Shown here: one piece after another, positions 33,701 to 44,158 of the stretch
How the letters are laid out: every line of letters starts with the position of its first letter
Numbering within the stretch: the first letter of the stretch is position 1
DNA from: Eledone cirrhosa
Lineage: Eukaryota
Length of the DNA: 64,000 nucleotides
NCBI GenBank assembly: GCA_964016885.1
Contig: OZ024741.1
Location: 411,618,001 to 411,682,000, forward strand
Direction: 5' to 3'
Translations under genes and position numbers: made by a program
The notes under the pieces: generated by a model
Seen by the model: the letters and a program-made list of their open reading frames with translations, nothing else
What the model was told of the DNA's origin: nothing
Database searches by the model: none

Positions 33701-35542
33701 ACGTGTGAGAGAGTGAGTAGTATATACGTGTGAGAGAGAGAGTAGTATATACGTGTGTGAGAGAGGGAGTAGTATATACGTGTGAGAGAGAGAGTAGTAT
33801 ATACGTGTGAGAGAGAGAGGGAGTAGTGTATACGTGTGAGAGAGAGAGGGAGTAGTGTATACGTGTGAGAGAGAGAGTAGTATATACGTGTGTGAGAGAG
33901 GGAGTAGTATATACGTGTGAGAGAGAGAGGGAGTAGTGTATACGTGTGAGAGAGAGAGTAGTATATACGTGTGTGAGAGAGGGAGTAGTATATACGTGTG
34001 AGAGAGAGAGGGAGTAGTATATACGTGTGAGAGAGAGAGGGAGTAGTATATACGTGTGAGAGAGAGAGTAGTATATACGTGTGTGAGAGAGGGAGTAGTA
34101 TATACGTGTGAGAGAGGGAGTAGTATATACGTGTGAGAGAGGGAGTAGTATATACGTGTGAGAGAGGGAGTAGTATATACGTGTGAGAGAGAGAGTAGTA
34201 TATACGTGTGAGAGAGTGAGTAGTATATACGTGTGAGAGAGAGAGTAGTATATACGTGTGAGAGAGAGAGGGAGTAGTGTATACGTGTGAGAGAGAGAGT
34301 AGTATATACGTGTGAGAGAGAGAGTAGTATATACGTGTGAGAGAGAGAGGGAGTAGTGTATACGTGTGAGAGAGAGAGTAGTATATACGTGTGAGAGAGT
34401 GAGTAGTATATACGTGTGAGAGAGAGAGTAGTATATACGTGTGAGAGAGAGAGTAGTATATACGTGTGAGAGAGAGAGGGAGTAGTGTATACGTGTGAGA
34501 GAGAGAGTAGTATATACGTGTGAGAGAGAGAGTAGTATATACGTGTGAGAGAGAGAGGGAGTAGTGTATACGTGTGAGAGAGAGAGTAGTATATACGTGT
34601 GAGAGAGTGAGTAGTATATACGTGTGAGAGAGAGAGGGAGTAGTGTATACGTGTGAGAGAGAGAGGGAGTAGTGTATACGTGTGAGAGAGAGAGTAGTAT
34701 ATACGTGTGAGAGAGAGAGGGAGTAGTGTATACGTGTGAGAGAGAGAGGGAGTAGTGTATACGTGTGAGAGAGAGAGTAGTATATACGTGTGAGAGAGTG
34801 AGTAGTATATACGTGTGAGAGAGAGAGTAGTATATACGTGTGAGAGAGAGAGTAGTATATACGTGTGAGAGAGTGAGTAGTATATACGTGTGAGAGAGTG
34901 AGTAGTATATACGTGTGAGAGAGAGAGGGAGTAGTGTATACGTGTGAGAGAGAGAGTAGTATATACGTGTGAGAGAGTGAGTAGTATATACGTGTGAGAG
35001 AGAGAGTAGTATATACGTGTGAGAGAGAGAGGGAGTAGTGTATACGTGTGAGAGAGAGAGTAGTATATACGTGTGAGAGAGTGAGTAGTATATACGTGTG
35101 AGAGAGAGAGTAGTATATACGTGTGAGAGAGAGAGTAGTGTATACGTGTGAGAGAGAGAGTAGTATATACGTGTGAGAGAGTGAGTAGTATATACGTGTG
35201 AGAGAGAGAGGGAGTAGTGTATACGTGTGAGAGAGAGAGTAGTATATACGTGTGAGAGAGTGAGTAGTATATACGTGTGAGAGAGAGAGGGAGTAGTGTA
35301 TACGTGTGAGAGAGAGAGTAGTATATACGTGTGAGAGAGTGAGTAGTATATACGTGTGAGAGAGAGAGTAGTATATACGTGTGAGAGAGAGAGTAGTATA
35401 TACGTGTGAGAGAGTGAGTAGTATATACGTGTGTGTGAGAGAGAGGGAGTAGTATATACGTGTGTGTGTGAGAGAGAGAGGGAGTAGTGTATACGTGTGA
35501 GAGAGAGAGAGAGAGGGAGTAGTGTATACGTGTGAGAGAGAG
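30797..35542. repeat. Minisatellite, core GAGTAGT(A/G)TATACGTGT(GA)n, ~25-31 bp units
   Basis: Seen directly; the 1647-aa SLSH/YTT ORF is its translation. Confidence 0.98.
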
Positions 35543-35704
35543 GCAGAGGAGATAAATATACAGTAAGGTGGGGTTTCTGTAGAATATTTTGATAAACTCG
35601 ATGTTTTTTACATTGTAATGTAACCCCAGGGCACTGGATAGTTTTATGTGTGTATGTATGTCTCTGTACACAGCTATAACGTCATGTGTGTATATATATA
35701 TATA

Positions 35705-36767
35705 CTAGCAGAGGTACCCGGCGTTGCTCGGGTATTAAATAGCAGTTGTGTATACCATTTATGTCATTACTTCAGTGCTGCTTCGAAAACTATACTTTTA
35801 CAAAATCATCGGCTTTTTCCAAAAGAGGGTTCCTGCCCCCAGAGGTCCCCTACTCAATATGTGCCAATTCTGAGAGTTCACATTTATCTGTAGGACAGGC
35901 GTAGCCCATGTATCAAGTTTTGTGAAAATCGGTTGCGAACTCCAGAAGTTATGACGTTTTGTTGCATTGCACTGCAGTTCTTTAGTCGACTCCAAGGAAG
36001 CGGTTGAAGGGGGGTTATCTGCCAGGAGGCCCTATAATAAATATCTGGAAAAATGAAAGTGCCCATGACCATCCGGAGTACATAAGTAACCTATGTCTTA
36101 AGTTTGGTGAAAATACTGTAGAAAAGCATAAGGTTTATACACGCGCACGCTCGTGTGTGTGTGTGGGGGGTATGTATTTGTGTGTGCGTATGTATGTGTA
36201 TGTCCGTTGGGGCATACGTATGTACTGGACTAAATCTTCACTATTTACTTTTACTATTTTAATAACGTCTGTCATTTTCGTTTTCAATTTTATTTACATC
36301 ATTCTTAAACTCCGGGGCTGGAAATCATTCTGTTATGTTAAATAGAATATTAGTCTAACGACTCCATTTATACCATAAACTTGGTCTTGTCTTTGCATGA
36401 AATTGTTCTTCCGGCTCCACATAACGACGTATTATCCTCGCTTTTTTCCTGTTCATTGCCAGGGAATGTCTTCACGAACCAAAATATCGTCTTCCTGTTT
36501 TCGTTCGGGTGCAACGTTTCTCGAAATATTTACTTCTGCGTTCACAGATTACTCTCAGTTCAATTTGAATGGGAAATTCCTGTTTCATCGATTTTCTCCG
36601 TAACCATGGAAGCTTGTACCCTAAAAGTCGACCCAACGCCGCCTCGGGTCATTCTGCATAACTGTGTAAATTTTCGCTGCATTCCACCAAGCCGTTTTGA
36701 CGTTTATTCAACTACACTAAACACCTTAAATATACAACGTCCGACCACTTCCAATTTATATAGTAGA
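35705..36767 (-). mobile_element. Complete non-autonomous Helitron (~1.06 kb)
   Basis: Minus strand starts TCTACTATATAAA and ends CCCGAGCAACGCCGGGTACCTCTG-CTAG. Subterminal hairpin at 35715-35734. Inserted between A and T, as expected for Helitrons. Confidence 0.88.
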
Positions 36768-36834
36768 TATGTGTGTGTATGTATGTCTCTGTACACAGCT
36801 ATAACGCCATGTGTGTATATATATATGTGTGTAT

Positions 36835-37199
36835 GAAGGAAAACTCTGATATAACACCTGCAACCCTGATGGTATCCAATGATGTTGACTTGTTCTTCTT
36901 TTTGGTAAATATCATCTTGGTTAAGAGAGTGGGACTGGCTTTGTGCAGTGCCTTTGCTCACTATAAAAGCTTCACGGCACAGGCATTGCTTTATATCTGG
37001 AGATCTCTCTGCACTTGTCGTCACATGGTACCATGGGCCCAGCACTATGTGTCAATAATTGTCACAAGTGTAGTGTTTGTACCAGAGTTTTTAAGTCGTT
37101 GGCTGGCCTAAAACGTCACACTCGTTCAGCGCATCAGTAGGGGTTCTCCTACATGGATATAAAGTAGTGGCCGTACTCGAAAACGAGTTGGCAGCCATC
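36835..37199 (+). mobile_element. Third copy (5'-truncated) of the RTE-derived short element
   Basis: Near-identical to 25798-26164; both copies give the same 71-aa minus-strand ORF start in the track. Confidence 0.85.
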
Positions 37200-37202
37200 A
37201 TA

Positions 37203-37359
37203 TGTGTCTGTACACAGCTATAACGTCATGTGTATATATATATATGTGTGTATGTATGTCTCTGTACACAGCTATAAGGTCATGTGTGTATGTCTCTACA
37301 CAGCTATAACGTCATGTGTATATATATGTGTATGTATGTCTCTGTACACAGCTATAACC

Positions 37360-37402
<43 letters not shown>

Positions 37403-37460
37403 TGTGTGTGTTTATATATGTGTGTATGATTGTGTTCACAGCTATAACGTCATGTGTGTT
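37203..37460. repeat. Degenerate minisatellite (TCTGTACACAGCTATAACGTCATGTG plus TG/TA), with other units at 35648-35704 and 36770-36834
   Basis: The same unit flanks both the Helitron and the RTE-derived copy, so both inserted into this array. Confidence 0.85.
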
Positions 37461-37500
37461 TACTGACGTACTTCTTGGTAGTTAGTCACCAACACTGATG

Positions 37501-38007
37501 TAGGTAGTAGTAGCAGTGGTGGTGGTGGTGGTAGTAGCAGTGGTGGTGGTGGTGGTAGTAGTAGCAGTGGTGGTGGTGGTAGTAGTAGCAGTGGTGGTGG
37601 TGGTAGTAGTAGCAGTGGTGATGGTGGTAGTAGTAGCAGTGGTGATGGTGGTAGTAGTAGCAGTGGTGATGGTGGTAGTAGTAGCAGTGGTGGTGGTGGT
37701 AGTAGCAGTGGTGGTGGTGGTAGTAGTAGCAGTGGTGATGGTGGTAGTAGTAGCAGTGGTGATGGTGGTAGTAGTAGCAGTGGTGGTGATGGTGGTAGTA
37801 GTAGCAGTGGTGATGGTGGTAGTAGTAGCAGTGGTGATGGTGGTAGTAGTAGCAGTGGTGATGGTGGTAGTAGTAGCAGTGGTGGTGGTGGTAGTAGTAG
37901 CAGTGGTGGTGGTGGTAGTAGTAGCAGTGGTGGTGGTAGTAGTAGCAGTGGTGATGGTGGTAGTGGTGGTGGTGGTAGTAGTGGTGGTGGTAGTAGCAGT
38001 GGTGGTA
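37501..38007. repeat. Triplet-based repeat (GTA)2-3 GCA (GTG)n
   Basis: Seen directly. Confidence 0.95.
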
Positions 38008-38099
38008 GGGGAGGCATGTGACCTGGGTCTCTGAGAACCACTGCCTAGAATTGTGTTCACTTGGCTTTTACTGTGATACATTATAAAAGGTTAGCCTGA

Positions 38100-38527
38100 C
38101 ACGGTCCTCTAGGGTTGGTCTTACACGGTCCTCTAGGGTTGGTCTTACACGGTCCTCTAGGGTTGGTCTTACACGGTCCTCTAGGGTTGGTCTTACACGG
38201 TCCTCTAGGGTTGGTCTTACACGGTCCTCTAGGGTTGGTCTTACACGGCCCTCTAGGGTTGGTCTTACACGGCCCTCTAGGGTTGGTCTTACACGGTCCT
38301 CTAGGGTTGGTCTTACACGGCCCTCTAGGGTTGGTCTTACACGGCCCTCTAGGGTTGGTCTTACACGGTCCTCTAGGGTTGGTCTTACACGGTCCTCTAG
38401 GGTTGGTCTTACACGGCCCTCTAGGGTTGGTCTTACACGGCCCTCTAGGGTTGGTCTTACACGGCCCTCTAGGGTTGGTCTTACACGGTCCTCTAGGGTT
38501 GGTCTTACACGGTCCTCTAGGGTTGGG
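38100..38527. repeat. 24-bp minisatellite ACACGG(T/C)CCTCTAGGGTTGGTCTT, ~18 copies
   Basis: Seen directly; only a T/C variant differs among copies. Confidence 0.97.
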
Positions 38528-38689
38528 GTTATCTTCCCTCAACACATGATCCAGCCATCTCATTCAGCTATGTGTGCAGCTGTATTATACGTCTTAAATT
38601 TGTTGTTTTTTTCTAAATTTTTCTTTCTGTCCCTAATTTCTCATTATTTTCTATCTGTTTCAGTGTCAATATAATAGTTTTAGTGTAGA

Positions 38690-39031
38690 ATGGAGTCCCC
38701 TGTGAAAATATCAAGCCCCCTCACTATTGACATGTCATCAGATTTGGACAAACAGAAGAGTGACAATCATTTCCTTACACAGCAAATACAAGAAATTAAA
38801 TGGGAGTCAGAACACAAAGACAAAATAATCAATGATCTCCAGACAGTGATTTATAACTTAAAATGTCGACTTCGTGCCAATAACTTAGCCGATGATGTGC
38901 GATCATTCGAGGAAGATGAGTCGAAACAGAACCAAACATGCCTGAACATTAAGGCTTTACTAGAAAAGGCCAGACTAGCGGACACTATCCAGGCTTCAAA
39001 GGATGGCGAATATCTTGTGAAACTTGTCAAG
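38690..39031 (+). CDS. TNIP2: TNIP2-like coding exon 1
   Basis: Acceptor tttcag at 38663, in-frame TAG at 38681 before the ATG, donor AAG|gttagt; coiled-coil-like sequence. Confidence 0.78.
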
Positions 39032-42000
39032 GTTAGTTGGGGAATTCTTTTATTCTTTTACTGGTTTCAGTCATTAGACTGTGGCCATACTGGGGCACCA
39101 CCTTCGAGGGATTTTAATCGATCATATCAACACCAGTATTTATTTTTCTTAAGTCTGGTACTCAAACAGAGACACGGACAGACATATATACATCATCATC
39201 TTACCTTTATATTACCATATTGGTTATAAAGGTTGTTATGGGGCCACTAAAAAGTAGGTCTTACCTTTACATTATATTTTTAATGAAACTAATCAGAAAT
39301 TTTTCATGATTTAGTAATATTGTCTTTCAAATATAACTTAAAGGTCTTTAGATAAATATAAACACCTTAAAATATAGTTTTGTATTATAAAACGAAAGGC
39401 AGTTTGGTTATTGAAAGGGTTAAAAACAATAATTGTTGGTTTTTCATATTTTAGTATTACGGTAGTGGTTGCGTTGGTGTTTATTATTTTAGTGTGTGTA
39501 GGGCGGTGGATTGGCAGTATCGGTAGAGGGTCGGACACCATGCTTTGCCGCATAGAGTTATGGCTCTTTATGATCTGAGTTCAAATCCCGCCCAGGTTAA
39601 CTTTGCCTTTCATCCTTACGGGTTCGATAAAATAAAGTACCAGTCACGCACTGGTGACAATTTCATCGACTTTTCCCTCCCCGCCAAATTGCTGGCCTTG
39701 TGCCTAAATAAGAAACCATTATTTTAGTGTATGTGGAGGTGTGCTTATCTAAAAACTTTCCATCATAATTTTGTATCAACTTCTAAGTCTCCAATGGTAT
39801 ATACTTATTTACTTCTCATAAACTATATTTTAGTTATTAATATAAATAAAAATATTTTTCTTATTAATTAAATTTTTCAGGAAAATGAATTTTATAAAAA
39901 CACGATAAGAGATCTCCACATTCGGTTACACTCCAAAGTTCCAACTGCTTCCTTTCACAACCTCCAACATGATCTCCAACAATTCTCTGAACAATGCCAA
40001 CAGATGTCTCAAAAACTTATGGCTTATGACAGTCACGACTTTCCTATGGTACGTATTATATTGATCTCTATATCATATTGACCTCTATATTATATTGATC
40101 TCTATATCATATTGATCAACTGTACAAATTACGAGGTATTAAACAGACATCGACACTCTCTCATATACACATCATTGTTATCACCCCCCCCCCCCCCCCC
40201 CAATAACTAGCCCCCCCTAACACCACCACTGCCACCTCCATCACCACCACTGCCACCACCTCCATCATCATCACCACCACCATCACCTCCATCAAGATTT
40301 TAATTTAAATTGGAACCTTCAAAAATGGGTGGTTTTATTTTATAAGACCAGAACCATTATTATTATTATTTTGAAAGGGAAAATGAGGGTGGAGAGGGAA
40401 GTGCTCCCTTCCCAGCAATTTGTTGAAAGATGGGTTAGAGAGGCAAGCATGGGCTGAGTGAATGAGCCTGCTTTGAATATGCACCTGCTGGGAGAGGGCA
40501 CTTGCCATGGTGATCAGGGTCACCATGGCTTTTTTAATGGGCGTCCTCCACAAGTGACCCTTGGAGGTCTCCCCCCTATTGGGGAATTTTCCTTAATTTC
40601 ATTTTTTTTGTTACATCCTTTGTTTTTGTTTTTATACCTAGAAACGCCCATTTATACCATCCTCTACAGTCCTGTACCATCCTGTGCTGTCCTTAATGTT
40701 ATACTTTGTGTCAACCCTTGTGTCATTATTATAGGTGAATCTAATGGAAGAGAATAAACAACTCCGGAATAAAATAATAGAAATTCAAAATGCCAACAAG
40801 AAGTGGAAAGGATACTGTTCGAAACGAGAGTCAATTCTACAGATGGCAGTGGCTAAGTTAACAGCTGCCAATAAAGAAAGTTCCACTGGTTCACCTCACC
40901 ATATACCTTTACAGGTAAGTCTTTTAATACTTTTCCTCCACTGGTTCTATTATAGACCCCCCCCCTAGGGGGGCAAACCAATACACTGGGGTCTCATACA
41001 TACATAGTGTAACATTTGGGTCCCTAAATCTTGTAGGATCATAGGCAACTGCCTGGATTGCTGACTCCTTAAGACTACATTACCTGCTTCTGTGATACAA
41101 AACTTATTTATTTATTTTATCAATTTAAACGTCCGTATAGAACTAGTAAGCCATGACAGACTAGAAGTATTGAGTACTCTTTACAGTTCAAAAAGAGCTA
41201 GTGAGACAAGTAATAAGTCTTTATCATCATCAGCATCACTGTTTAACATGGGTTAAACAGGCTGTCATGTACTGAGGTTTCAAATGATCAGGGGAAAACA
41301 TCTTGCTCATACTTTCCATCATTTAGTAGTGTCAAGAGATGTCAGCCTCCCTAGTGCTGGTGATCTACACGATAAAAACACCCAGTACACTCTTTAAAGT
41401 GGTTATTGTTATGAAGGGCATCCAGCCATAGACTACTTGCCAAACAAAGGGTTGGTAGGACCCTTTAGTTGTATCAAGACATGACAACTCCTCTGCACTC
41501 AATATATACACTTTACAGAGTGTATTTTATCACGGCACCAACACTACCACCTTACAGAGTGTGCTGGGTGTATTTTATCATGACACCAACACTACCACCT
41601 TACAGAGTGTGCTGGGTGTATTTTATCATGGCACCAACACTATGGTACTTTAGTTTATTGACACCGTAAGGATGAAAGGCAAAGCTTGAACTCAGAACGT
41701 AAAGGGTCGTAACTCTGCCGCAAAGCAGTGTCTGATGTTCCACCGGTTTTGCCAATCCACTGCCCTAATAATAACGATTTTTTGAATAATGATGATAATA
41801 ATTGTATTTCTTTTTTTACTTTCTTTCAGAGTTACAAAGATTCCAAAACGAATGAAGAAGAATTATTAGCTTTAAAGACGCAGGTGAAAATATATGCTGA
41901 GGATTTTGAATCTGAGAGGAAAGACAGAGAGAAAGCCCAGTCAAGGATTAGTGATTTGGAATCAGAAATATTAAAGGTAAATTTTATCTACCTGTGTCAC

Positions 42001-43438
42001 CATCATCATATGTTGGTATCAGTTGAATGGGTTTTCATGTTCTGAGGTGAGAGATGCAACATGTTTCATATTTTGGGCAAAGTTTCTACAGCTTGATGCC
42101 CTAGCTATGGTCAACCATGTTACAGCTTGTACTAAGTGTATTATATGATAGTGTCAATACTACCACTTTACAGGGTGTAGTGGGTGTATTTTATCCTGGC
42201 ACCATTACTACCACTTTACAGAGTGTACTTGGTGCATTTCATCAAGTATAAAATTCTGATGGTTCATAACATTAAAAACTAGAGGCAAGTGTCTATATAT
42301 TAAAAGTTCAGTTGTCTACATATGTGTTGTAGGTTTAGCTAAGTTCTTACAAGGTATCTCATAGGTTCCTTGGATGTTTTAATGATAGGGACCCCAGTCC
42401 ATTCAACGCTCCCACAACCTTATGATCGCAACTCCAACACCATACCCTAACCACTTGGCTATATATGTATGTCTGCATGTTTCTGTGTATATATTTATAC
42501 ATCGCGTATGTGTATAATATATGTATTAATGTATTTTATTTTTCCAGTTAAAACAGCAACGGGACATGCCCCACAAACAGCAACTTTTAAGATCGTACTC
42601 AGGAAAAGGAAGCAGATACCATGAGCCAAAGGTGTGTGTTTGTTTTACCTCTTCTCTTTATCATTACATCCACCACCATCATTGGGTATAGGCCAGTTAT
42701 ATATATAGCGTTCTCAGCACAACCTCTCTGGTTGGAAATCCATGTCCTTGAGTATGGTTTGCTAATTTGTTGTGGAACTAACTACAGATATAACCTCTGT
42801 TTTTTACCACTATCATCATCATCATCATCACACGTCCGTTCTTCCACGCTAGCATGGGTTAGACGGGTTGTCCTGTTGTGGGCAGTGTCTGGTCGGCTGA
42901 ACATGCCTTGCTCATACAGGAACTGATTTGGCTTGATTTCTACAGCTGGATGCCCTTCCTAACACCAACCTCATTTACAGTGAGTGCTGGGTGCTTTTTC
43001 GTGGCGCCTACACGTCCACTTTACAGTGTGGGCTGGGTGCTTTTTTGCCGTGGCACCTCCACGACCAATCAGTCAAACCATGTATAGCAATATATAAATA
43101 CAAGGTGTTACCCAAAAATGTATAAACACTTTTATTAGAATGCTGTTGAAGTGTGTATATATTTTTGGGGGACAGCCTATATATGTGTGAAGCCCATGTA
43201 TAGCAATATATCTCTCTATTTCCAGGAATCTGTACCACGTGGTTTATCAGAAGGTCCTTATATAAACGCAGGTTACCAGAAAGACACACTTGATGGCTCT
43301 TATAAGAAACGTGCTGATAAATACGAGGTGGATGGTGTACCCAATACAAAACAGAACTTCATTTGTCCCAGTTGTAACATGGTGTTTGGCAGTGATAAAC
43401 AAGCAGAATTATTAGCTCACGTTGATCTTTGTTTCTGA
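38690..43438 (+). CDS. TNIP2: TNFAIP3-interacting protein 2 (ABIN-2)-like ubiquitin-binding NF-kB regulator, 6 coding exons, ~377 aa
   Basis: Exons 38690-39031, 39881-40048, 40735-40914, 41830-41976, 42548-42631, 43226-43438; all GT-AG, phase 0, open frame. Motifs NKKWKGYCSKRE (EABR/AHD-like), QVKIYAEDFESERKDREKAQSRI (UBAN) and C-terminal CPSC..ELLAHVDLC (NEMO-type CCHC finger). Family is secure; orthology to TNIP2 is inferred. Confidence 0.82.
39047..39165 (-). mobile_element. SINE 3' fragment
   Basis: Reverse complement reads ...GGTGGTGCCCCAGTATGGCCACAGTCTAATGACTGAAACCAGTAAAAGAATAAAAGA, with a repeated A-rich tail. Confidence 0.7.
39501..39725 (+). mobile_element. tRNA-derived SINE
   Basis: A-box-like TGGCAGTATCGG, B-box GAGTTCAAATCC, core GCCTTTCATCCT..GATAAAATAAAGTACCAG, (ATT) tail. 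Related inverted partial copies at ~41642-41795 and ~46150-46285. Confidence 0.8.
39881..40048 (+). CDS. TNIP2: TNIP2-like coding exon 2 (ENEFYKNT...DFPM)
   Basis: tttttcag|GAA...ATG|gtacgt, 168 nt, open; not in the ORF track. Confidence 0.78.
40378..40726 (+). mobile_element. Old Tx1/L1-type LINE 3' fragment
   Basis: Translates RKMRVEREV..FVERWV, like the C-terminus of the 60012 ORF (RRIRMEREV..FYERWV). The UTR shares CCCTATTG.GGA and CTGTCC..TTTGTG with the 59777-60011 UTR. Confidence 0.65.
40735..40914 (+). CDS. TNIP2: TNIP2-like coding exon 3 (VNLMEENK...IPLQ)
   Basis: tatag|GTG...CAG|gtaagt, 180 nt. Confidence 0.82.
41642..41795 (-). mobile_element. tRNA-derived SINE, partial (family of 39501)
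   Basis: AAGGATGAAAGGCAAAG..TTGAACTCAGA..TGCCAATCCACTGCCC is the reverse complement of the 39501 head and core. Confidence 0.75.
41830..41976 (+). CDS. TNIP2: TNIP2-like coding exon 4 (UBAN domain)
   Basis: tttcag|AGT...AAG|gtaaat, 147 nt; contains DFESER. Confidence 0.88.
42548..42631 (+). CDS. TNIP2: TNIP2-like coding exon 5 (LKQQRD...HEPK)
   Basis: tttccag|TTA...AAG|gtgtgt, 84 nt, open. Confidence 0.72.
42810..43070 (-). mobile_element. RTE-tail SINE/LINE 3' fragment
   Basis: (TCA)n followed by CTACAGCTGGATGCCCTTCCTAACACCAACC; same tail as 48448-48690 and 58600-58770. Further relics at ~41340-41640, 42070-42240, 45645-45880 and 54680-55190. Confidence 0.75.
43226..43438 (+). CDS. TNIP2: TNIP2-like last coding exon (CCHC zinc finger)
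   Basis: tttccag|GAA...TGA. Confidence 0.85.
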   Translation, partial: ESVPRGLSEGPYINAGYQKDTLDGSYKKRADKYEVDGVPNTKQNFICPSCNMVFGSDKQAELLAHVDLCF

Positions 43439-43979
43439 ACAGAAAGATTATTTACTTAACACCCCATCATCATTACAGACCAGAGCTACTGACCTGGAGA
43501 TCACGTGTAATAAGTGCAATCTATTATTGCACTAGCACTAACGAGTTTATCATGTCCTTCATAACTGTTTATATATTTATTAATTCATTCTTATTTCACT
43601 TACACAAAACTGTAATATATTTAATTTATTCATATATAAATTTATGTTTAAAAAAATTTCATGTTTGCAATTGGTTTTTATTTTACATTAAATGTTTTTT
43701 CTCTCTCTCTGAAACATATCCAGTCATGAGAACACACATGCTTTGGCATATTATTTTACAGCTGGGTGACCTTCCAATAACAAACCATTTAAAAATTATA
43801 TCACAATCACTAATGAGGGTATTGTGCTCTTAATACAACTGAAGAGAAGTTTACAGTTGGATGTCCTTCCTATAACACGATACAGATTGATTTAAAGTCA
43901 CTTTTCCGCCAGATAACAAAATATAATTTAAAAAATAAAGATTTTTTTTTCTTAAATAACCTCTCTGATACGAAGAAAA

Positions 43980-44158
43980 TTATATTGTGAATGTAGAAAG
44001 TAGGTTGGCATTTGATTTATAGTCGATTGTTAATAACTGGCCAACAGCTTTTGCTCCAAGATAGGCACCACCTATCGCTCCACTTCCTTTCAGTTGTAAC
44101 ATTGTCACTTTAGAGATGATCTCTTTATTCTGAACAGAGTCAAGTTCAGAAATAAAAC
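43980..44158 (-). CDS. NAGK: NAGK last coding exon
   Basis: tacag|GTTTTATT...ATA TAA. Confidence 0.92.

Noticed and set aside
30728-35671. 1647-aa ORF
   Set aside because: Minisatellite translation with no domain content.
38100-38527. CRISPR-like or telomeric array (contains TAGGGTT)
   Set aside because: Head-to-tail units with no spacers in eukaryotic DNA, and not tandem TTAGGG.
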